This document shows, in pieces, positions 10,722 through 23,200 of a DNA stretch of 64,000 nt (position 1 is the stretch's first letter; every line of letters starts with the position of its first letter). Made by a program: the position numbers and the translations under genes. The notes under the pieces are model-generated. The model saw only the letters and a list, made by a program, of their open reading frames with translations. It was not told where the DNA came from and ran no database searches. Location of the stretch: positions 32,127,208-32,191,207 of the forward strand of contig OZ316891.1 in NCBI GenBank assembly GCA_973895155.1. The letters are read 5' to 3'. This DNA comes from Marsupella aquatica (Eukaryota; Plantae; Marchantiophyta).

Positions 10722-10727
10722 AAAAGA

Positions 10728-12114
10728 TGTCGTATAGTGCTAAGTATCAAAAGTGACTCTCCTCACCTAAAACCAGGGTTTCGATCCCTTTAAGAACAGA
10801 TTTCAGAATGAATTGTATAACTTTTATCACTCCGAGTGATTTAGAGTCTTGAGCTCTATGTTGACTTCACTTCTCAATAAAAAAATCGAATAAACAAACA
10901 ACAAAGTAACTGAACTTCTGATTTATGAATTAGAGAAGAAATGAGTAAGGATTTAGAGACTACAAGCTACTGCCACTCCTTCAGAAAGGATTTGGGCTCA
11001 GTATAGACATGAAATCTATCTCATAATTCATCCATCTCACTCTTCAAAACACAAAGGTTAATGATAATTGAATTCTCAATCTGATGAAGCAGAAGCTTTC
11101 TGATTGCAAATGAATGATATGATTTAAAATGCCGTCAACATGGTTTGACATCAGCGATACGCAATTCAGTCAAACTCTAAACCATATTCCAGAATCAAAG
11201 CAACAGTACTAACTACTCTGAGAATCAGAATTTACTTCTCATTTATCATTAACTATTCTTGAATTGGCTAGCGAATCCCGACTCTGCAAGCAAGCCTAGC
11301 AGTGAATTCAATACGAGTTTCAGAAATCTGCAACTGAATTCAATCACCACAGGAATCTCTTGAATTCAATCTTAACTTCAATCAATATAGCTTTACTTCC
11401 ATACAAAACACTCACAGCATGCCTTGTTACAATGGAAGGAGGAGAAAACTATTCAGAAGACTCAATTCTGAATACAGTATTAACTCTATTTCTCTCTACT
11501 TCAAATGAGCATTCTACTCTGTCTTATAAGTGCTGGAATCCTAAAATGGAGGAGGTAAGAACAGTCGTGCCTTTCCAAGCTTAAAACTAAACAAGGGAGA
11601 AGCACAGCATAAGTACTTCAACAAGGGTGGTAGAATACTACTTTACTAGTAATCTACTTCAAAAACTAAGTGTTGAGCGGACGCTGCTAGAAGCGTCGGG
11701 AGAATCTGGACGCTGCTAGAAGCGTCTTAAGTAAAACCAACGGACGCTGCTCACACTGCTCACAGCGTCAATACTAGGGTGGACGCTGCTCACAGCGTCG
11801 TGTGTTGAAGCTGACGCTTTCCACAGCGTCGGTCGAAATCCTCATAGAGTCTTGGTGGCGGTCGGGCACTGCCAAAAGCGTCATGAGGAGGTTGGACGCT
11901 TCCGCAGCGTCTTGAGTAAAAGAAACGGGCGCTGGTCACAGCGTCGGGCAAAGTACACTAGGAATCGTCAGGAAAGCCGGAGATGTCAAATATTTCTATA
12001 AGTGTCCAGAACAAGTAAATGTTGGCCGGAAGGTGTCTAAAGTGTAAGTAAATCTTGTGATATGCTAAAAATAAACAAGTTTCCAGAAAAAATTGCAGGG
12101 ACACCCATACCACA
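10728..12114 (-). repeat. 5' LTR of element A
   Basis: Direct repeat of 480-1866; abuts the PBS. Confidence 0.97.
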
Positions 12115-13924
12115 CCCTCTCCTCTTCGTCGGTAGGAGCTTCAGGCAATTCTGCCTCAGATTCGGAGCTTGAGGTTCCCACGTACATTCGAACACCTGGC
12201 TTGGATTCCGGCCTGATTCTCTCCTTGTCTCCAGCAAAGGGGTTTTCTCTTGTGAGCCGGTGTAGGCCTACCTCTGTAGTAGTGTCCTGCATTGTTGCCG
12301 TTGCCGTTGTTGTTGCCGATGCCGATTTCTTTTCTTTCTCCAGTAGTTTCAGCAGACTCTGCATGCCTGGTTGCTGCATCGGCAAGTCTTCCTTCCTGGG
12401 CCTAAACACCTGCTCGATCGTAGGACTAACAGGTGGTTGAGGCTTCTCAGCCAACGGCCTCGGCGTTGGAGCTTCCTCGGGTGCCCTTACCTGCAGGGGA
12501 AGTACCGGGGCAAAAGTCTGACCTCTGGCATACCGGCACAACAGCGGCATGTGATAGCCCAGCCGCGACACGCTCCCCATGCCGATTACCTGCTGCTCCT
12601 CCTTTAAGATCTTCTTCAATTGGTTGAGGAGGTACCCATTGTAGTCCCGGCTTGGGTCTGGCCTTTCTGCCAGATAGACCTGTGCCTTGCCGATCTCTGC
12701 CCTCGGCAAGTTACAATGCATGGTCACCCGCAAGAAGTCGATCATCTCTCCTATGTGCGGGTTGGTGCAGGTGTTCCGGAAGAAGCCATTCTTTGTTGAT
12801 GGCCCGGGGAATGACCGGAACTCCTTGTCAGGCAAGGTCTTCCTGGTATCAACTTTGGTCTTATTGCCTATCGGCAGGCCAAACACTTCGGCAATTACCT
12901 TGGGAGTAAGATAGAAATCCTTCCCATATATCCTCGTGCAATTGGTCTCGGGTTCCCATGACCCCACGAATTCTAATAGGTCTGACTCCGGTACCTCCGG
13001 CTTCAGCCATGGTAATCTTACAAAGGCCTCCAAGCCGGATCCGGCCATGAAGCCTTGGTATCTCTTGGTTTGCATGGCCGTAAAGCATGCATCCTCCTCC
13101 CGTGCAAAATGTAGTTGCACCTCCACCGGTAGGGTTGCCGCCCAGCCTTTCCAGGTGTCATCCCTGGTTGGAATGGCCTTGATGGGATCGACCTCCTCCT
13201 CTTCGGCTTCTCCCTGCCTCCTACTCTGCTGCTCGGCTGGCTTCTTTGGTGCCGCCGACCTCGTTCTTTTTGCCGGGGTGGCTTCATCGTTGACGGCTCC
13301 CTTCCTCTTCATCTCTGCTGTCGTGGAGGTTTCTCCTAGCACCGTTGCCTGGGTCCACCTTTCCGTGCTACCCTTTAATTCCCAGTGTATGTCGTTGCAG
13401 TTCTTGATGGCCTCTCGGATGCCGACGACGCTGTCTTTGCAAAACAGAAGATCGTCGAGTTGATTGGAAGTAGGCGTCCACAGGAACTCGTCCTTGATGA
13501 GTTCGCCTCCTAAGAAAGCCGTCTTCTGCAGCTCCCACAATCGAGCGAGCTCCTGCCGTTCTCGAGCTGCCCTTTCTGATTCCTCGTCCTCGTAAGTCTT
13601 GATGTACTCAGTTGCCCGTTCGAACAGGCATCCCCAGAAATGTGCCGCTTGATTGACGTTGCTCATACCCTCCTTAGGTCGATCGTCGGTATCTACTCTC
13701 TCCCCGAGTGCTTGCCTAAGCAGCTGACAGTAGTTGGCCTCCCGTAGTCGTCTGCCTAGTTCGTGCTCGCAAATGAGCCACCATCTCCTGCAAGCGCTCC
13801 TTACCCCTCCCCTCTGCCGGTCCTTCTTCCCGTTGATCCTTCCTAGCTGCCGACGCTTAACGCGCCCTAACCCTAATCGGGTTTTCACCCTCAGCCTTAC
13901 CTCCGGCCTCTGCCCGGGTTCCAT
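12115..13924 (-). pseudogene. 3'-LTR copy of the element B LTR ORF, disrupted by element A (continues open in 1-479)
   Basis: About 583 N-terminal residues nearly identical to the 961-aa ORF; removing element A gives ...PTDEEE-REKPDVQEVEE... open to the window edge. Confidence 0.85.
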
Positions 13925-14039
13925 GGTTGCCCCTAATTGTTTATATTTTCCTTGTTTTGTCCCTATACTAAGGTGTTCCTAGGGTGCCTTCCTGCTTTAC
14001 CCACTTAACCGGCCGAGTGATTCCTGTCTAGGCATCACA
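12115..14039 (-). repeat. 3' LTR of element B (part; continues in 1-479)
   Basis: About 99% identical by eye to 22327-24185; PPT-adjacent; the reading frame continues across element A's TSD into 1-479. Confidence 0.9.
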
Positions 14040-17000
14040 TAGCTCCCCACTTAATTGTGAAGCGTCCTCGCGAACAACTTCATCTTCGTCCATATAGTAT
14101 TTCTTGAGGCGGTCATAATGGATGCGAACTGGATATACCTCTCCCGTAATGTTGGCCAATTGTACGGAGCCATTGGGGAACATCATGGTTACTCTAAAGG
14201 GTCCTAACCAGCGAGTGTAAAGCTTTCCTGGAAACCTACTATACCTACTGTCATAAAGTAGCACAAGATCACCGGTATGAATACTAACTACTTTTAACCT
14301 TTTATCATACTGCTGCTTCATGATATTCTGTCTATATTCTACTCTCTCGGCTGAAATCATTCTCGCTTCCTCTAAAGCTTCTAACCTATATTCTCGCTCC
14401 TTTAGGCTCTCCTCCGCTGAGGCTCTTTCCTCAATTGTAACTTGAAATGTCGGTATCTCAAGTTGCATGGGTACCAGGGCTTCTTGTCCAAAGGTTAAGA
14501 AGAAGGGTGTATGACCGGTAGTGGATTTATAGGCAAGATTGTAAGCAAAAACAGTAGCAAACAATTTATCATCCCAATCGAGTTTGTTCTGAGCTACTGT
14601 CTTGTTCAATATCTTTCCTATAATTCCGTTTGCTCGTTCTGTCAACCCGTTTGCCTTTGGATGGTAGGGAGTAGTAGGCCTATGTTTAACTAAATACTGC
14701 TCATTTAAACGACTAATTATATCATTCAAAAAATGGGTTCCTCTATCACTAACTAATTCTAGGGGTGCTCCATACCTGGTGAAGATCTGCTCATACATGA
14801 ATCTAGCCGTAGTAATTGCATCATCCTTCGTTGTTGGTCTGGCCTCTACCCATTTAGTTGCATAATCCGTAGCCAGGATTATGTACTTGTTCCGTCGAGG
14901 GTGGGTCAGTGGTTTCAGAGGTCCAATGTAATCAATACCCCACTTCTCGAATGGTGCCAGAGGTAGAATAGGGTGCAGTGGATGCCTGGTGGACGCCCTT
15001 GGTCCTCCCGCTCGTTGACAAGGATCGCATTGTTTGATAAACTGATAGACATCTTTGTGCAAGATGGGCCACCAGTAACCGGCATTTAATATCTTCTTAG
15101 ACGTGGTTACTGGGGCAAAATGTCCTCCGGCCTCCTCTCCATGCATGGCCCGTAGGACTCGTTTTACCTCTCTCTTTTCCAAACATCTTTGAATCGTGCC
15201 GTTGATTCCATGCTTGTGCAGTATGCCTTTAATGCACTGATACTGTCTGACCTTCCGCACAAAGACTGCGGCTTGCTCTCGGCTTAATCCTGGCTGTAAT
15301 CTGGAAGTGCTGAGAAATTGTAAAATCTCAGGGTACCATGTACCAGCTATTTCCACAACGAATAGCTCCTCGTCGGGGAATCGATCATCGATGCAATCCG
15401 TGGCAGGTTTACCTGTGATCCTTGAAAAGAAGTCGGCATTGGCATGTAACTTTCCCGGCTTGATCCTCAGCTCATAGTCAAACTCCTGTAATAGCAAAAT
15501 CCATCTTGCTACTCTGCCTGTAAGGTCCGGCTTATTGACTAGGTACTTCAAACTTTCGTGATCAGTATGAAAGATTACCTTGTACCCTAGTAAATAATGC
15601 CTAAACTTTTTACAAGAATAAATGACTCCTAATGCTTCTCTTCCCGTGGTAGAGTAGTTCCGTTCGGCATCGGCAAGCTGACGGCTTGCGAAGTATATGG
15701 GATGGTCCCTTCCTTTCTCATCCAACTGACTTAGTACTGAGCCAATACAGAAGCCCGAGACATCTACAAAAACATGAAAATCTTTGTTCCAGTCTGGTGC
15801 TATCATGACTGGGGCCTCTACTAACATCTGCTTTAATTCTACCACCGCTGTGACTCGTTCGGGTGTGGGTTCGAAGTCTGCTCCTGCCTTGAGCATATTG
15901 GTTAATGGTAAAGCTAGCTTGGCAAAATCCTTGATGAACCGGCGATAGTAACCAATGCATCCCAAGAAGGATCTTACATCCTTTATGTTCTTAGGTTGCA
16001 TGATATCTAGCCATACTGCTAGCTTACCTTTGTCAATCTCAATGCCCTTCCTTGATACCTTGTGACCTAGTAGCACCCCCTCGGTTACTGCAAAAAAACA
16101 TTTATCTGGGTGTAACTTGAGACCCACCTCTCTACATCTCATGAAGGTTTTCCTGAGGTATTTAGCATGTTTCGATGCCTTCCCGAATACTGCAAAGTCA
16201 TCAATGAAGATTTCCATGAACTTTCTCAAGTAATCATGAAAAATGTTCACCATTAATCGTTGGAACATAGCTGGTGCGTTGCAGAGTCCAAACGGCATAC
16301 GATTGAAGACATAGATCCCCCATTCCGTGATGAAGGCCGTCTTGATTTGGTCTTCCTGCCGAATCCTGATTTGGTTATAACCAGAGTATCCATCCATGAA
16401 TGAATATAGTTCATGACTGGCTACCATGTCTAGTACCATATCAGTAAACGGTAAAGGAAAATGGTCTTTTAATGTTGCTTCATTCAGCTTCCTGTAATCC
16501 TGACAAACCCGGATCTTGGGTTTACCATCGGGTCCAGCTTTCTTGGGAACTATCACAATTGGAGACACCCAGTCTGAATGCAGGACTGGAGTGATGAATC
16601 CAGCTTCCACTAGTTTGTCAATTTCTGTTTTGACCAGCAGGGAATACTTCGGGTTCATCCTTCGAATTGGTTGTCGAAATGATTTGGCTCCTAACATGAG
16701 ATCAATTCGATGTTCCCCTAGTGTTGGATCTACTCCCTTTAGATCTTGGTGACTCCATGCAAACACATCCTGAAATTCAATCAATAAGTCACTGATCTCT
16801 TTCTCGAGCTCAGGTGCTAGGTTTCTCCCTAAGTTCAGTTCTCTTCCCTCTCCTAAGTCGAGCTTCCGATATTGCCGTGCTTGGATCATATTAATCTGCT
16901 TCTTCAAATTCGGGTCCAGTTCGGCTTCCAGTCTCTCTAATCTCATACCTCCATAAACTGGGATCTCGGCTGGACTAGCCGAGTCGGTCCCTTCCTTGGT

Positions 17001-17294
17001 GTCCATAGATTGTCCCCTTACCGGTCTATTCGGTTTTGAATTAGTGGTCGGCTCCCCTTCCTGCCTTGGCTCTGGATCGTGTCTGTCCATCTCATCCACC
17101 TCTTGCTCCTGAGAGTTAGGCCGCTGTGCTCTCTCGGCTTCTAATAGGGCCTCGATTTGTTCTGCCCTCGTAATCGGCTTGTATGTCGATCCCTTGGTAT
17201 TTAATTCCTTGCCGATGATCGATGGCGTTGTGGACCCCGTCGGCTCTGCCACAACGCCTGCAGAAAATCCACTGTCCCTGCTACTGCTCCCCAC
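14028..17294 (-). CDS. pol: Pol (RT, RNase H, integrase) of element B, in the -1 frame relative to gag-PR
   Basis: 1088-aa open frame: FIDDF (RT); DVSG...EALGV...TDH (RNase H); HHCC, GIDYIGP, SDRGTHF and NGLTER (integrase); GPF. Confidence 0.95.
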   Translation of the reverse strand: MGSSSRDSGFSAGVVAEPTGSTTPSIIGKELNTKGSTYKPITRAEQIEALLEAERAQRPNSQEQEVDEMDRHDPEPRQEGEPTTNSKPNRPVRGQSMDTKEGTDSASPAEIPVYGGMRLERLEAELDPNLKKQINMIQARQYRKLDLGEGRELNLGRNLAPELEKEISDLLIEFQDVFAWSHQDLKGVDPTLGEHRIDLMLGAKSFRQPIRRMNPKYSLLVKTEIDKLVEAGFITPVLHSDWVSPIVIVPKKAGPDGKPKIRVCQDYRKLNEATLKDHFPLPFTDMVLDMVASHELYSFMDGYSGYNQIRIRQEDQIKTAFITEWGIYVFNRMPFGLCNAPAMFQRLMVNIFHDYLRKFMEIFIDDFAVFGKASKHAKYLRKTFMRCREVGLKLHPDKCFFAVTEGVLLGHKVSRKGIEIDKGKLAVWLDIMQPKNIKDVRSFLGCIGYYRRFIKDFAKLALPLTNMLKAGADFEPTPERVTAVVELKQMLVEAPVMIAPDWNKDFHVFVDVSGFCIGSVLSQLDEKGRDHPIYFASRQLADAERNYSTTGREALGVIYSCKKFRHYLLGYKVIFHTDHESLKYLVNKPDLTGRVARWILLLQEFDYELRIKPGKLHANADFFSRITGKPATDCIDDRFPDEELFVVEIAGTWYPEILQFLSTSRLQPGLSREQAAVFVRKVRQYQCIKGILHKHGINGTIQRCLEKREVKRVLRAMHGEEAGGHFAPVTTSKKILNAGYWWPILHKDVYQFIKQCDPCQRAGGPRASTRHPLHPILPLAPFEKWGIDYIGPLKPLTHPRRNKYIILATDYATKWVEARPTTKDDAITTARFMYEQIFTRYGAPLELVSDRGTHFLNDIISRLNEQYLVKHRPTTPYHPKANGLTERANGIIGKILNKTVAQNKLDWDDKLFATVFAYNLAYKSTTGHTPFFLTFGQEALVPMQLEIPTFQVTIEERASAEESLKEREYRLEALEEARMISAERVEYRQNIMKQQYDKRLKVVSIHTGDLVLLYDSRYSRFPGKLYTRWLGPFRVTMMFPNGSVQLANITGEVYPVRIHYDRLKKYYMDEDEVVREDASQLSGELCDA

Positions 17295-20194
17295 TTAGCC
17301 GTTTCATCCAATTGGTCTACATCCTTTACTTCCTCCGGAATTGCAGCTAAAAAGGTGGATTCTATTGTAAAGCAGTCCTCGACCTCTTCGTCTTCTTCTT
17401 CCAAGTCACCTTCCATTGGTTCTTGCCATAATCCGCTGGGGGCTACCTCTGGTCCAAAGACACCTTCTTCGGTTAGGTTAGTGAGGCATTCTAACCAACG
17501 TACTTCATCGGCTGACTCCAGTCCACTGTCGTACCCATCTACTTCCCTTATGCTTTTCCTACGGTCATCCTTAGTGTCCCAGGATACCGTGATAGAGGGG
17601 GTCCCGAAAGTGAACTGCTTTTTACCCCAATCTTCTATTACCTCGGCTAGGTACAGCCATGGCCTACCAATCAATAGCCGGAATGACGTAGGATTTACCG
17701 GCTTCATTACTACATAGTTAATGCTAAAGAAGATACCTCCTATCTCTGTCTTGATGCCGGTTAACACTCCCGTCGGAATGACCTGATATCCATTGGCCAT
17801 GTTCAACACTCTTCCAGTCATCTCCGGTGTTAGACCCCACCCTTTTGCTGTTGAATCAATCATAATACATACCCCTGATCCTCCATCGATGGGTACCCGT
17901 AGTAATAATTCTCCTTGAATCATTAATGGTAATGCCGGGGCTCCTTGATCTTCTTCTATCATTAGTACGTCGGATCTGGTTGCTACCTTGGGTAATCTCG
18001 GCTTGCCGAGAATAGCCTTCCTTAATTGCTTCCGAAAATACGGGCTATTTTTCAATAGTTGACCTACTGTTGCCGAGACTCTAGATTCTAGTACATCTTT
18101 AGCCAGGTCATAGGGAACAATCGGCTTCTCTTCTGGTGGTGTTTCCGTCTTGGATTCGGCCAGTTTTGCCACGCTAGTCTCCACAGCTGTTGGGTCTTCC
18201 GAAGCAAACAATGCTTTTGCTCGTTTTACATCCTTGGCAATGGCTTCGGTATTCTCCAGGGTTTCTAATTCTCTTAGTTGTTCCTTAACACTAGCCGTAA
18301 CAGAGGGGTAGAACAACTTAGGATGATCTCGATTGAAGTCGCTATCTTGTGAAGGATTGGTTTCACGGGTGGGCTCATGGCTTACCTGTATTGCCGGAGC
18401 CCTCCCTTCTCCTTCTGTTGATGTTGACGAAGAGTCGATCCTTTCCTCCGTAACCTTCCCTTTATTTTTGGCCAGCCCATCCCACCTTTCCTTCCTTCTG
18501 GTAGATCGAGTAGAGACCCGGTAGCAATCATGATCTAAATCCTCCTCTGAGAAGGTTGATAGGGCTTCGGCCTCATCAGCAGATGGTACGAACTCTGCCT
18601 CGGCATCCTCTTGCCATCCTAGTTCGATGTGGTTGATTTGAACTCCTCCGGGGGTAGTACCTGGCGGTAAGATCTTGATCGGCAAAAGCTTATGATTTGC
18701 GGCCAGGCCTGCCAACCAAGTAGGACATTGCCCTAGCATATGACCTTCCTGTCGGCATCCCATACATAGCTGAGCTGGTTGTCCATCACCCTGTTTGCGT
18801 GCATTCGGGCATTCTCTAGCAAAATGGCCAGGTTGACCACAATTATAGCACGCCGCAAATCTTTGCACATTCGGCCTAGGAGGTACTGACGGGTTCTGAA
18901 TAATCCGAGGATACATCTCTCCTGGATTGTTCCTTAACCCTGACCACAGAGATGCAGGTCTGTTGGATAGGTCTCGTGCTCCAGTCTCACTGATGCCGAA
19001 AACACTATCAGCGGCATCTCCTAAAAAGTACTCTACTTCTCCCTGACATGGTCTGATCTCGGCCACATGCCGAACATGATTAGTATTAAGCTTAGGACAC
19101 GCATCTTTATGGTGTCCGGTTTTATAACATAAGGCACACCATACAGAGCTATCCTCCTGTACTACCTTCTTCTTTGGTTTTACCTCTGCAATGATAGCCT
19201 TAAGTTGCTCGGTAAGGGCTACGATGTTATCTGGTGGCTTAGCCTCCATCTTGACTTTCGTCTTCCCTCTCCTTCTGCCCTTCCTTTTCCTAGTTTTTTC
19301 TTCTTCAGAACTAGAAGATGACTCACTCTTGCTACTCCCACTATCCGAGCTTCACTTATCACTTCTAGACTTCTTGGGATGTTTCTTCTTCTTATCTTTT
19401 TTCTTATGGGGTGATCCCTCCTCTGATGAGGAACTCTCAGACTTAAGCTGTTTCTTCCGGCTTGTGATATCTGCATTAATGTATAATTGAATATCCTTAA
19501 TTGCTTCGGCTAAAGTCTCCGGGTTCTCCTTCCTAATTGCAAAACTCATCTTCTGTGGCAAAGCATTCACCAACCATTGAAGTTGCATACCTTCAGATGC
19601 ATTGGTCTTTGTACGTCTTACCAGTTTCTGAAAGCGTTGCAAGAACTTCCTGAAGGATTTGTTCTCCTTGAACCGAAGTTGTCCCAACTTCAGCACTGCT
19701 AGTTCTGAAGTTCCAATGGGTCGAAACTCCTTAACAAAGAGTGTTTTGAAGATATCCCAGATGGCTTGATCTTCCACATCTAATGCTCTATACCAAGGCC
19801 TAGCCTCACCCTTGAACAGGCCGGGAAGAATCTGCATCTTGATGGCCGATTCTCCATTTGCTGCAGCGGTTCCCTCGAAATCATCCAACCATTTGTCCGG
19901 ATCCTCATCTCCTCTCCCATGAAATGCCTTGTAATGTATGCATGACCGCTGGCTCAATCTGGTCCCTGGCCTCTCGTCTGGCCGTGCCTCTGGTTCCCCC
20001 ATGTCGGTTGGAGACTCACTTCTCCTTACCGACTCTTCTTCTGGTATGTCTTCTTCGACGCCACTTCCAGTTTCGGAGCTACCAGCTCTTTCTGCCCCTC
20101 TCAGTCGCTGTGTATCATGCCACCCGGCGAGCTGCTGCAGTCGAGCTCTCTCCCGTTGAATCACTCTTTCTTCCCTCGGCGTAAGGTCAGTCAT
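17201..20194 (-). CDS. gag: Gag-protease of element B, with one in-frame TGA at 19352-19354 (probably CGA>TGA)
   Basis: ORFs 19352-20194 and 17201-19249 share a frame; three CCHC knuckles; IDGGSGVCI and LIGRPWL. Confidence 0.88.
17224..17270 (-). promoter_or_regulatory. Putative -1 ribosomal frameshift signal
   Basis: G GAT TTT heptamer in the gag frame, a 5-nt spacer, then a 10-bp perfect stem GGCGTTGTGG/CCACAACGCC, all inside the gag-PR/pol overlap. Confidence 0.75.
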
Positions 20195-20242
20195 TACCTA
20201 CGCTTCCGTTCTAACTTCATATCTCACGGCTTAAGAAATGCC

Positions 20243-20259
20243 CCCTCCATCTAGCGCCA
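20243..20259 (-). promoter_or_regulatory. Primer binding site, tRNA-Asn-like (TGGCGCTAGATGGAGGG)
   Basis: Complementary, with one mismatch, to the 3' end of plant tRNA-Asn(GUU) as recalled (CCCTCCTTCTAGCG-CCA); the same PBS occurs at 35275. Confidence 0.7.
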
Positions 20260-20263
20260 AAAA

Positions 20264-23200
20264 TGTGGTGCGTCCCATGGCTCCCTAAACCCAAGAAACC
20301 CCCCAGCTCAAGCCGATTCCCGCAGGTTTCGTGCTTGGCGAGGCCGTTTCCGCGGCGTAGCGGCATGGGACGCTGCTAACCTTCTACTACTACTATTAAC
20401 ATTTTACACACATATACTGGACAGATCCTTCATCGGGTCATGAGATACGTAGCCGGCCTAATATAGGCCTTCCCCTGTCTTCCCCTGTCTTCCCCTCCGT
20501 CTTGTTAGGTATGTTTGGATTCCGCCGCCGGAATGATCCCCAATAGGCTTGGTTAAGCCGCTAAGACCTCTCTGAGCTCGACACATCCAACTCTCACTCC
20601 CCTGCTTACTTTCCTTCCTTCTGTTGATGTGGGCACTCTTCACACAAGTTAATGCGACACACAAATAGCAAAATGACTCATTCTGACTGAGTCATACCAT
20701 GCACTTGCCATACAAACAGTACATCTCATACACAAGTTCTGCGAACTAAGCCGTGAGGCCAACTCTATTCAGCTCTTAGGCATGAGGAAACATGAATATA
20801 CACAAGGGTCACTGTATGACTAACCGAGAGCTTCTCGTACTACTTGATCCCAGCCCGGCTGGTGCAAACTAAAAACTTGCTAAAGAAGAGGCCCTGAGCT
20901 CCCCGCTGCCCAGGTACTTATCCTGGTAGTGGATCCGCCATTCTTTGCATCGTAAGCCTAATCTACCTGACAGTAATCTACTTGCCCGAATCTACCTACG
21001 TACAGCAAGGCAGGAGCACAAGTGTTGCTCCTACCAGTGGGACCGCAATCCCACTAAGCTAAGTGTCAGGGCCGCTCCTGGTTCTGATCCTAATCCTAAA
21101 CGTGGAGATCCGCGCCCGCCCTGCCCACTCACGCCTCCTCCCTCCACGTCCGCCCTCCCTAAAAGGAACGGCGCCCTTGCACCGTCACGACACCGGTGGT
21201 GGATCCTTAATGGACGCCCCCAACGCTTCCTCCTCAGCCACTGCCGTAGGCTCATTCCCTGACAGATTACCTGCCCTTGACTGAGTCAACTCTCCATCGG
21301 CCTGACTGGGTCCACCATCGGCGTCGGCATCGGCTCGAGAATCGGTTACGGCCTCAGCCTCGGCTACGGTCTCCCCGGCCTGCTCAAGAGGCGGATCTGG
21401 AATACTGGCCTCCTTACTGAGTAGTTCGGCTTGGGCCGCACCATCCCTACCTGTGATCATAGCGGGATCTATTGCCGTATTCATGTCGGAGGATGGTGCT
21501 GGTTCTACCTCTTTGGTCACCACGGCTTGTGGAGTCGGATTACTCCTTGACCCTGAAGGTTTCCGCTTTTTCTTCTTTTCTGGTTCGGCAGCTGGTCCCT
21601 TCCCCTTCCCACTTACCTCCGGCACTGGTGCAGTTGGCGCGGCTTTTTCTTCGGCCAGTACCACTCCTGGTAACTTGGTTGCCCCAATTGGAGTTGGGCC
21701 TGATGAAGACAAGCACCTAAATACTGCGGCTTGTTTCTTCAGCCGCTCCGTTTGGTTGTCGGCCCGCCGCTGGAGGTTCTCCATCTTCCTCGTGATTTCC
21801 TCCAACTCCTCCTGGGTCTCATCCAGGTCCTTGCGTGCCTCCTCTAGTTCCTTCTGGGCTTCCTCCCGTTCTTGTTTCAAGGTAGTCCTCTCCTCCTGGG
21901 TTGCTTTTAGCTCCTTGTCGAGCTCTGCAATGATGACAGACTCCATCTGGTTCATCTTGGCGTAAGTCTGTTCGAGCATCTCGTCCTTCTCCCTTAGGTC
22001 GGCCTTGAAGCTGGCCGTCAGGGACGCAAGCTCCTGCTGCAGCGCCATAATCCCTTGATAGGATTTCCCTAACTCGGCCTCCTTCTGCTCAAGGGCTCCG
22101 CGGATTTTCTCGAGCTCCCCTTTCAACGCCCATTCCTTTCTTTGGGTCTCCGCCATGGCCCGGCTGTTGGCTGTTATGTGGGCCTCCTCTGTATTCTTCA
22201 GCTCTTGCTTCCACTTCTCCCTCTCTTTGATCGTGTCGGCCAACTCTTCCTGCGTCTGAGTCAGTTTATCCTTGATATTCTGATTATCAGCCTGCGCGGT
22301 GTCCAACTGCCCCTGCATGATGTTCACGTACATTCGAACACCTGGCTTGGATTCCGGCCTGATTCTCTCCTTGTCTCCAGCAAAGGGGTTTTCTCTTGTG
22401 AGCCGGTGTAGGCCTACCTCTGTAGTAGTGTCCTGCATTGTTGCCGTTGCCGTTGTTGTTGCTGATGCCGATTTCTTTTCTTTCTCCAGTAGTTTCAGCA
22501 GACTCTGCATGCCTGGTTGCTGCATCGGCAAGTCTTCCTTCCTGGGCCTAAACACCTGCTCGATCGTAGGACTAACAGGTGGTTGAGGCTTCTCAGCCAA
22601 CGGCCTCGGCGTTGGAGCTTCCTCGGGTGCCCTTACCTGCAGGGGAAGTACCGGGGCAAAAGTCTGACCTCTGGCATACCGGCACAACAGCGGCATGTGA
22701 TAGCCCAGCCGCGACACGCTCCCCATGCCGATTACCTGCTGCTCCTCCTTTAAGATCTTCTTCAATTGGTTGAGGAGGTACCCGTTGTAGTCCCGGCTTG
22801 GGTCTGGCCTTTCTGCCAGATAGACCTGTGCCTTGCCGATCTCTGCCCTCGGCAAGTTACAATGCATGGTCACCCGCAAGAAGTCGATCATCTCTCCTAT
22901 GTGCGGGTTGGTGCAGGTGTTCCGGAAGAAGCCATTCTTCGTTGATGGCCCGGGGAACGACCGGAACTCCTTGTCAGGCAAGGTCTTCCTGGTATCAACT
23001 TTGGTCTTATTGCCTATCGGCAGGCCAAACACTTCGGCAATTACCTTGGGAGTAAGATAGAAATCCTTCCCATATATCCTCGTGCAATTGGTCTCGGGTT
23101 CCCATGACCCCACGAATTCTAATAGGTCTGACTCCGGTACCTCCGGCTTCAGCCATGGTAATCTTACAAAGGCCTCCAAGCCGGATCCGGCCATGAAGCC

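Larger units (their letters stand above)
480..12114 (-). mobile_element. Ty3/Gypsy LTR retrotransposon A (non-chromovirus, Athila-like), internally deleted, with extra 3' ORFs
   Basis: Two 1387-bp LTRs with TG..CA ends; 5-bp TSD CCCTC at 475-479 and 12115-12119; PBS next to the right LTR and PPT next to the left LTR; gag-PR-RT order on the minus strand. Confidence 0.97.

Noticed and set aside
12065-12114. C-terminus VWYGCPCNFFWKLVYF of the 619-aa ORF
   Set aside because: Read-through into element A's LTR; not part of the native protein.
19352-19354. In-frame TGA in B's gag as a second readthrough site
   Set aside because: No CARYYA context (TGA AGC TCG); most simply a CGA>TGA transition, and D has no stop in this region.
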